From: Haliotis rubra
Taxonomy: Eukaryota
Length of the DNA stretch: 64,000 nt
Assembly: GCF_003918875.1 (NCBI RefSeq)
Contig: NW_025766984.1
Span: 1,054,001 to 1,118,000 of the forward strand
Direction of reading: 5' to 3'
The notes under the pieces are model-generated. The model did not search any database and was not told where the DNA came from. It saw nothing but the letters and a program-made list of their open reading frames with translations. This document shows, one piece after another, positions 47,901 through 57,900 of the stretch. Within the stretch, counting starts at the first letter, position 1. Each line of letters starts with the position of its first letter. A program made the position numbers and the translations under genes.

Positions 47901-49326
47901 ACCCCCTTACCTGTATGTATGGGGTGCCTCCCAGTCAGTACTGACCCCCTTACCTGTATGTATGGGGTACCTCCCAGTCAGTACTGACCCCTTACCTGTA
48001 TGTATGGGGTGCCTCCCAGTCAGTACTGACCCCCTTACCTGTATGTATGGGGTGCCTCCCAGTTAGTATGGCTGTCCGGGTGGGACTGCAGATAGGGGAC
48101 ACATAATAGTTGTTCAGGATGATGCCTTTGTACGCCAGGGAGTCAATGAACGGAGTTTTGATTTCTGATCCATGGAAGCTGATGTCATGCCATCCCTAGA
48201 AGCAACAACAACAACAACAACAACAACAACAGCAACAGCAACAGCAGCAACCTGTGGTTGATTGCATGAACGACGATCCAGATATGTAACGAACATACGC
48301 CCTTATGGATCACAACTTGTTGTTTGTTTCAAAGAGCTACGTTGCGATGTAGATTCGTACACGTGATCAAGCTAACAGTGACCACTGCCAGTAGCACGGC
48401 TGGATGAGGCCAGGTGGAGAGTGAGGGCAACACATAGCACAAGTCATGAAGTGAATTTTCAGGAAGGATTAAATTGTACATAGGCTTACTGGATGATAAT
48501 TGAATAGTTGAATAATAGAGTGTATCACTTGATTACATCTTCACAGGCCGATAGTATGTAATACCTGATCCCGATTTCGTCGGGTACGATAACACTAACC
48601 AAGGTCACTTCACTTTGATAACCTATTCTCATTTAGGTATATTTTCACTTCACTCCAGATTACGACAAGCATGTCTGGTATCAACGTGATGTCAAACCTT
48701 GAAAGGTGACCTAGATATCTATCTGGTGACCTAGTCCCTATTCTCTATGCATCATTACACTGGAGATAAAGGACGTGTGTTATTATTGCTATTAATTTTT
48801 TAGTTTCTCCGTAGTCCACCGAGACTAGTTTCCCTTAAGGTAATACAAACGCCCTACATGAAGCAAGTATAGATTTTCCTCAGGTTTCTCCACCATACCA
48901 GGGCTCCTTTTCAATTTAATTGGACTTTCTTGTGTCCATCAAAATTATATATTTTCAGCGACTAAGCTTATGTCTAGTTTCTCTTGAACTGTCACTGTTT
49001 TACTATCTTCGTGACAGCCTGTCACTTGCTCCCATATCACTGCTGACAAAATTCGCTGAACAGACAAACAGAATAACACTACATTGGGTTCAACGCAGAG
49101 TTGTAGCGAAGTAGGTAAAGTGTCATGTCGTTGACCCGGGTCGACTCCCAATTCCATGTATTCCCACTGTGACCTTCTTGTGGTGTTTCTGAAACCATGT
49201 TGAACTGATTCCTCAACTTACCATGTCATCAGCGACAATGAAGATGATATGGGGACGGGTTGATTGTAGAACTACACGTTGGATGGCTGTTAGCAGACAC
49301 AGGGACAGCACCTCAAACCACATCAT
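41906..49326 (-). CDS. ARSB: Arylsulfatase B-like paralog G4, 8 exons, 541 aa, intact
   Basis: Exons 49326-49222, 48195-48039, 47162-47050, 46176-46057, 45327-45205, 44310-44181, 43720-43567, 42629-41906 (1626 nt). Signal peptide, [39 protein letters not shown]. Confidence 0.92.
43297..43463 (-). mobile_element. SINE family A
   Basis: TSD gtgcctgaga. Confidence 0.88.
43792..43962 (-). mobile_element. SINE family A
   Basis: TSD gcagagacga. Confidence 0.88.
44679..44900. repeat. 27-nt minisatellite, about 8 copies
   Basis: Unit aatcacgtcgtggacgttatttacgtt. Confidence 0.9.
45684..45934 (+). mobile_element. SINE family B, full length
   Basis: TSD cactggagaaatg. Other B fragments at about 9230-9378, 39045-39165, 46388-46545, 53065-53279, 54295-54460, 59682-59892 and 62437-62550. 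Confidence 0.9.
47355..48063 (-). repeat. Splice-donor-derived minisatellite in G4 intron 2 (42-43 nt, 17 copies including the real donor)
   Basis: Sense unit actgggaggcaccccatacatacag|gtaagggg(g)tcagtactg; its first 25 nt are identical to the G4 exon-2 end. Confidence 0.95.
48201..48251 (-). repeat. (GTT)n/(GCTGTT)n microsatellite at the G4 exon-2 acceptor
   Basis: Directly precedes cttctag|GGA. Confidence 0.85.
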
Positions 49327-50233
49327 CGTGTACGGTGCTGTGTACGAGGCTCCTGTGACCTGGTAGTCACTTCTCCAGACAGGAAATACTTAACGCTACT
49401 CCCTGGCATGACCTAAGGCTCATATCTTTCCAAATCTGTCGTTATCTACATTAGAATTTACTTCAGACTTACTACACATAGGATAATCTGCATTTTGCTA
49501 AAATATATTTCATTCCAATTGTCTGACAGCAGGCGAAGGTTACAAATACCATAATACACATTGGTGTAAAGATAGAGCATTTTCAGTTTTGTTCTGTCCA
49601 TGTGTCCAGTGTGATCGGTGCTTGGGTTAATAACAGCTTCAAACTGACCATCATGTAACATTTGTAGCAGATCATTGACACAATGAGCTTCCTGAACAAT
49701 AATAACTGACCTGATATGGTTAGATTTATTGAATTATCTGTGTGAATCATAGAGGGAAAAGGTCGCTATTTATCGTGTAATGTACATATCACAGATACTA
49801 TCCTTGTCTCCAGATAAGACGCGGTTACGACGTCGGGTCATTGAATGGACAAAGACAGAGGAAACGGCGACTGCAGGGGTTTTTACAAACAGAAGCGCTT
49901 CATCGGCAGGATGTTCCAGACAAGAGATGTTATCCGATGTATCAAGCCCACATTTTTTTGTCCCTTATTGCTGGCCGTTTGTATGTCACTTCAGACCAAC
50001 CGAAAGAAAACTCTGGCAATCGTACACGACAACAGCAGGCAGTTTCGATATACCATATAAAGTCTGTGAAGCATGTCCGTTACGTTAAAACTATAAAGCA
50101 TATGCAATATACTCTAATACTGCACGTGTACATTAACACCAGTAGGTTACTGGAATATATAGCGTATTGAAACACCTGCATGCATGTGTTTGAGAGGCGT
50201 TCTGGAACTTGTAAGTAATAGGAATAGAAAGTG

Positions 50234-50365
50234 TACATATATGATCAACTTCTGTATTGTGCAATATAGCGACGTTTCGGTATAGATCAACTTATACTTG
50301 AAATCGGTGTAAGTATCTATACCGAAACGTCGCTATTGAACAATATAGAAGTTGATCATACATGT
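50234..50365. repeat. Inverted repeat (about 55-nt arms) resembling head-to-head Penelope-type termini
   Basis: atgatcaacttct.tattgt.caata..gcgacgtttcggtataga and its reverse complement. A similar looser structure lies at 61054-61328. Confidence 0.6.
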
Positions 50366-50493
50366 AACACTTGTCATTCCCACCTGCATACATACCCTAT
50401 AATGGGTATGAAATAAAAAGATCGAATCATCGATCTGCAAGAATTCCCTTCACATCAATACTTTGAGGGGTATGTTCTCAGTATGCATGTCCC

Positions 50494-50716
50494 TAGCCTT
50501 ACTACAAGGCTGTACTGAATGCTAAGCTCATGGATGTACAGTAATTCTATCCTTTAAAGAGGCAAGTCTAGACAGGAGGACGAAATTGTGGACTGTTTAT
50601 CCCAGTTCTGGTCGTATCCCAGTTCTGGTCGCTACAGACGCCACTCTGTTATTTATACTTTTCAGAAATTTTCATTTAAACTATTAATTATTAGATTCGA
50701 GGTTTGTGCAAGTCTA
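50494..50716. mobile_element. MITE with TAG..CTA termini, 9-bp TSD
   Basis: gcatgtccc/gcatgtcca flanks; homologous to 31479-31642. Confidence 0.8.
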
Positions 50717-51843
50717 GCATGTCCACACAGCAATATTTAGTGTGTAGTTAGTTGCCGTGTCTATTTCCTGGTATATATATCATTGTCACGCCATGTGCTT
50801 AGATAGATGGTAATTTACAACTAACAAGTACAACATACAGACAAACATAATAACATAACGAAAATAGTCGAAACACATTGTTTAGGAACTCAAATGTGCG
50901 TACCATCCAACAGTAGATGAGAGTGATGGGACATAACGGTCCCGTGACTGCCTACTTCACATCACGAGAACCTCGTTATACAGCTGGTTTATCGACTCCG
51001 GTTTGTTACTGCAGGGGTCGATTGTAATCAGGACACGGTCACCAGCGCGTGAGCTCACACGGACCATTGTTCGTCTTCCTGTGCAACAAGGGGTAAGTAA
51101 TTCGGCCGGGAATCGGGAAATGGCAAAATGTCTTTATTCATAAAGACCATAATTATGTGCCCTGTGTATATATAGCACGTGATGAAATTGAGTTTCACAT
51201 GCCAATGTACAGATACTACAAGATACTTGTCAAGCTTGACGATCGAATTTGTTATAAAACAGAAAAGCCTCAACAGAAATAATTATTTAAAAAATTGCAT
51301 TATTCAATATGTGTACCATATATTTTATAATGCATTTTCTTTTCGGATGCTTGGTTTAAATATCTTGCACCTTGAAACTGAACCTCTGCTATTCGATTTT
51401 ATGTCTACTTCAGCCTGTTTGAACTGACATGAATTGAGAGTTATCTGCCCCTTCATGTTAGTAAACAAATGTGACAGACGGTGCACGTGTTAGAGGAGAC
51501 AGCTGGTGGAATTGATTCATGCAGCCATCAATATGGCTTCAGGAGATGTTATTTATATGTGATTAACGCATGGGTTGAATAAAAGAATACACAGATAACG
51601 GATCCGGTATGCCTCATTGTTACAGCTAGACATATTTAGATACAAAAGTCAATATTATAATGCAATTAGAATTATCAGGTACCAACTTAAATTAAGTAGT
51701 GTGTGAATAATTAAAATCAAACTTGCTAGGACTGCAATTACCACGTTTAGTTGTGGCCCCATCATATGGCTGAAGTACTGCTCACAACGATGTTTAATAA
51801 TTGAATTCTTCTCATTTGTTACACTTTGTTATGCCTTTTATAT

Positions 51844-51880
51844 GTCATGTGCCCCTCATGTGAATGTTCCTGTCACGTGA
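51844..51880 (+). promoter_or_regulatory. Three clustered M-box/CLEAR-like E-boxes just upstream of the G5 ATG
   Basis: GTCATGTG (51844), TCATGTGA (51856) and GTCACGTGA (51872). Confidence 0.5.
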
Positions 51881-51920
51881 TGCTGTATCCTCATCAGTTA
51901 CAGGTTACAGCAGTGTCGAC

Positions 51921-54900
51921 ATGGATGACCTCCTCATCTTACTCCTCCTAGTACTGCCGGCGCTGTGCACGGCGGCGACACGACCACACATCATCCTCAT
52001 CGTAGCAGATGATCTGGTAATCCTGGCTGTTTTAGTTCCATATTCCATGTATTAAGGACTAAAGGTGTGCAAGTCAGCATAGCTTAGAGTGTACAGATAG
52101 AACAGATATCTCTATATGTGTCTCTATAGACTAACACAGTGTCTCTGAATATACATGATTTTGATACTTGGGGTGAAACGGTACGCTCTTACCACAGTAC
52201 GGTACATATTGCGGTCAAAGCCTTCGGTTCGGTCTTTTTCGGGTCGGTATATGAGATTTGATGATCATGCAGAAAATTGACACAAGATCCAAACCTTACA
52301 TTGTTTATTAACATGGAAAAAAAACTAACCATTATGTTTGTTATTTTGAATGAACATTTTAGGTCATTTTATGACTAGATAGAAATGAAGGTACGAAAAC
52401 CGAAAATACCGAATTTTTTCATTGCATTAAGGTATACCATATCGAAGGCAAAATGCTGTGGTTCTACTGTTACCGCAGTATACCATTTCACCCCTCTTTT
52501 CACCACAAACAATTCATTTTAAATTGAAAAGTTGCTCCAGTGAGATAGGGATTTAGACCTGAACCCGAAATCTACACCTGCTTCATTTAGGGCTTTAGCA
52601 TTGCAGGGAGGGGTGGGTGGAAGGAAAATAATGCAGTTATGAGACTGTGAGACAGTCTAGTGATTTCACTGCATCACTATATGATCAGTGATAACATCCA
52701 GGCAAGATTGGCTGTATCTTAGCACTTTGACCTTTTGTCAAGGGGAGTCATTGTTATAAAAACACTTGTGCCACACCATGCTTATCAGAGTTGTAATAGG
52801 TTATACTGGGGTGGTGCTCAGCATGTTGAATATGTGTGATTAGGGCCAAGAGAAATAAATATGTATAATTGCTTAGAATTATAATGATCATATTTCTTTG
52901 ACAGTAGTTCTGTTCCATCTTATCTGCAATTAGTTTTCTCCATAAAAATCTATAATGAATATGATATACTTCATCCTTGCAGACTGTATTTTATGTTGAT
53001 TAGAATTCTGTTTTTTGTTGTTGGTAAATCACCCAGAATAGGTGTATTGTTGTTGGTTGTTTTGATGGTTTGTTGTCTAAGGCCTGACCCTGCAATATTC
53101 CAGCTATATGGCGGTGGTCTGTAAATGATCGAGTCTGGACCAGACAGTGAAGTGAACAACGGTATGAGCAACGATCTATGCAATTGGATACGATGACATG
53201 TGTCAACCAAGTCAGCGAATCTGCCAACCCCATCCCGTTAGTCGCCTCTTATTACAAGCTGGGGTTACTGAAGACCAATTGTATATTGTACAACAATACA
53301 TTACCTAGTACAGGTACATTGTACAACAATACATTACCTAGTACAGGTACATTGTACAACATACATTACCTAGTACAGGTACATTGTACAACAATACATT
53401 ACCTAGTACAGGTACATTGTACAACAATACATTACCCAGTACAGGTACATTGTACAACAATACATTACCCAGTACAGGTACATTGTACAACAATACATTA
53501 CCTAGTACAGGTACATTGTACCCCAGTATTTCAACAAATACAGGTACATTGTACCCCAGTATATCAACAAATACAGGTACATTGTACAACAATACATCAC
53601 AATACAGGTATATTGTACATCAATACATGACCTTGTAGTACAGGTACATTGTACCCCAGTATATCAACAAATACAGGTACATTGTACCCCAGTATATCAA
53701 CAAATACAGGTACATTGTACAACAATACGTCTCAATACAGGTATATTGTACATCAATACATGACCTTGTAGTACAGGTACATTGTACCCCAGTATATCAA
53801 CAAATACAGGTACATTGTACAACAATACGTCACAATACAGGTATATTGTACATCAATACATGACCTTGTAGTACAGGTACATTGTACCCCAGTATATCAA
53901 CAAATACAGGTACATTGTACAACAATACGTCACAATACAGGTATATTGTACATCAATACATGACCTTGTAGTACAGGTACATTGTACCCCAGTATATCAA
54001 CAAATATAGGTACATTGTACAACAATACGTCACAATACAGTTATATTGTACATCAATACATCACCTTGTAGTACAGGTACATTGTACCCCAGTATATCAA
54101 CAAATACAGGTACATTGTACAACAATACGTCACAATACAGTTATATTGTACATCAATACATCACCTTGTAGTACAGGTGCATTGTACACAGTACATCACC
54201 AGATACAAAGGAACATGGTGGAAATTGGTCAAGGAAACAAGAGAACACCCTCTGATGCTCAGTACTTTTAGTGCTGCTAAAGTAGACAAAGAGGATTGGG
54301 TGGCCAGGCTCACTGACTTAGTTGATGCAAGTCATTGTATCCCAGGTGAGTAAATCAATGTTCATGATGTGAGTCACTGGATTGTGTGGTTCAGACTTGA
54401 ATGTTTACAGACCATTGTCATACAGCGGGAACACTGTCAGGTGTGACATTAACCATTCAGTCTGAGTATGTTGTCAGTGATTAATAAATACTGATGTGTT
54501 TAACACTGGTGATACTTGTTCATTTTGTACTTTTATGTTTAGCGATATTTAGCAGAGTCAGTTGTTGATGTTTACAGGGATACAATGATGTCAGCTTCCA
54601 TGGGTCTGATCAGATCCCAACCCCCAACATCGACAACCTCGCCTACAACGGCATCATCCTTAACAACTACTACGTGTCACCTATATGTACTCCGACTAGA
54701 AGCGCTCTCATGACCGGCAGACACCCTATACACACAGGTGAGACAGATTCCCTGTACACACAGATGAGATGGACACCCTATACACACAGGTGAGATGGAC
54801 ACACCATACACACAGGTGAGATGGACACCCCATACACACAGGTGAGTCAGACACCCCATACACACAGGTGAGACAGACACCCCATACACACAAGTGAGAT

Positions 54901-57900
54901 GGACATCCCATACACACAGGTGAGCCAGACACCCCATACACACAGGTGAGATGGACATCCCCATACACACAGGTGAGCCAGACACCCCATACACACAGGT
55001 GAGCCAGACACCCCATATACACAGGTGAGATGGACACCCCATACACACAGGTGAGATGGACATCCTATACACACAGGTGAGCCAGACACCCCATACACAC
55101 AGGTGAGCCAGACACCCCATACACACAGGTGAGATGGACAGTCTATCCACACAAATGAGATGGACACCCTATACACACAGGTGAGATGGTCAGTCTATCC
55201 ACACAGGTGAGATGGACACCCTATCCATAAAGATTGTTCTTCTTCACCCAATAGAGACCGTAATCCCACACCCACAGGTGAGACTGGCCCCTTATTCAGA
55301 GAAGACAGAGCTGAAGTTACATCATCTGTGTACCATGGTTAGGTGATGGTTTTACACATATATCCTGTGTGTCAGGTATGCAGGTTGGTGTGCTTGTTGG
55401 AGATGCCCCGTACGGACTTCCCCTGAATGAGACCATCATGCCTCAGTACTTCCAGGAACTCGGATACAGACGACACATAGTTGGCAAGGTGAGAAGGTTG
55501 ATGGTGACATGGGCCCTTACCTAGTACAGAATCTACATGATTATTCACTGAAAAGTTTCAGAAATATGTTGTAAACATCACTGACAGCCAAAACACCAAC
55601 TTTACATGATCAATAATTATTTCTCTTACAAATGTCTGTTCTTTTCTAAAAATTGGCATTGGCATTTTAATATTGTGTCTACTGATGTTGTGTAGATGAA
55701 TATGTGCAAGCTGTAGATATATGTTTTTTATGACATGAATGTGTCCGACTGACTTCCAGTGGCACCTGGGCTTCTTTGCAAAGGAGTACACACCCACTTA
55801 CCGCGGCTTCGAGTCGCATCTGGGCTACTGGCTCGGGGCGGAGGACTACTTCGACCACACAGCTGAGGCAAACATGGTAGGGAAACTGTGTCTCCCTGGG
55901 GCAAACATAGGGTTGTGTCAGACCATGTGATGTGTCATCAATAGAACAGGGTTGTGTCGGATCAGGTGATGTGTCATTGAATAGAACAGGGTTGTGTCGG
56001 ACTAAGAGATGTGTCATGGATAGAACAGGGTTGTGTTGGACTAAGAGATGTGTCATGGATAGAACAGGGTTGTTTTGGACTAAGAGCTGTGACATCAATA
56101 GAACGGAGTTGTGTAGGACCAGGTGATGTGTCATAAATAGAACAGGGTTGTGTCGGACCCGGTGATGTGTCATAAATAGAACAGGGTTGTGTCGGACCAG
56201 GTGATGTGTCATGGATAGAACTGGGTTGTGTCTGACTAAGAGCTGTGACATCAATAGAACGGAGTTGTGTAGGACCAGGTGATGTGTCATTGAATAGAAC
56301 AGGGTTGTGTCGGACCAGGTGATGTGTCATTGAATAGAACAGGGTTGTGTCAGACCAGGTGATGTGTCATTGAATAGAACAGGGTTGTGTCGGACCAGGT
56401 GATGTGTCATGGATAGAACTGGGTTGTGTCGGACTAAGAGCTGTGTCATAAATAGAACAAGGTTGTGTACGACCGGGTGATGTGTCACTGAATAGAACAG
56501 GATTGTGTTGGATTAAGAGATGTGTCACCTAGTTAGTATTGGGTCCTGTAGGTCCCATGATTGGAATTTGAATACCCTTTCCTATTTATTTATGACTCTA
56601 TATCTTGTCAGAAACAATGGGGGCTGGACTTCCGCCGGAACATGGAGGCCCTGCACGACCAGTATGGGAACTACTCCACAGAGATTTTTACACAGGAGGC
56701 TGTCAGCATCATCAACAACCACAACCAAACTGAGGTATGTTGTACACCTGGTGCTGGTATGTTGTACACCTGGTGCAGGTATGATGGACACCAGGTGCAG
56801 GTATGATGTATACCTGGTTGAAGTATGATGTACACCTGGTGCAAATATGTTGTACACCTGGTAGAGGTATGTCATACACCTGGTGCAGGTATTTTGTACA
56901 CCTGGTAGAGGTATGCTGTACACCTGGTGCAGGTATGTTGTACACCTGGCAGAGGTATGCTGTACACCTGGATCTGGTATGTTGTACACCTGGTGCAGGT
57001 ATGTTGTACACCTGGATCTGGTACATTGTACACCTGGAACTGGTATGTTGTGCACTTGGTACTGGTATGTTGTAGACCTTGTACTGGTATATTGTACACC
57101 TGGAACTGGTATGTTGTACACCTGGTAGAGGTATGTAGAACACCTGGTGCAGGTGTGTTGAACACCTGGTACTGGTATGTTGTACACCTGGTGCAGGTGT
57201 ATTGTAAACCTGGTGCAGGTATGTTGTACACCTGGAACTGGTATGTTGTACACCTAGTGGAGGTATATTGTACACCTGGTGCAGGTATGTTGTACACCTA
57301 GTACAGGTATGTTGTACACCTGGAACTGGTATGTTGTACATCTGGCAGAGGTATGTTGTACACCTGGTAGAGGTATGTTGTACACCTGGTACAGGTATGA
57401 TGTACACCTGGAACTGGTATGTTGTACACCTGGTACAGGTATGTTGTACACCTGGTGCAGGTATGTTGTACACCTGGTACAGGTATGATGTACACCTGGA
57501 ACTGGTATGCTGTACACCTGGAACCGGTATGTTGTACACCTGGTACAGGTATGTTGTACACCTGGTACAAGTATGTTGACCATGTGGTACAGGCATATTG
57601 TACACCTGGTAGAGACATCAAGTACACCTGTTCTCCAGTGAATGAGTTCATCACCTGTGTTTCTACCCTTGCAGCCCCTCCTACTGTACCTGCCCTACCA
57701 GGCAGTCCACAGCGGCAACCCAAACGCGTTCACACTTCAGGCACCCCAGAAATATGTCAATAGGTTCCCTCATATTCAAAACATCAAGAGGAGGTTACTT
57801 GCAGGTGAGACGCATGAAGCTTTGACAACACTTGTGTTCAGTGTATTGTTGGAAGGTGTTATGTTTAAGTACTGTTTAAGTACCAGTAACTTCGGGGACC

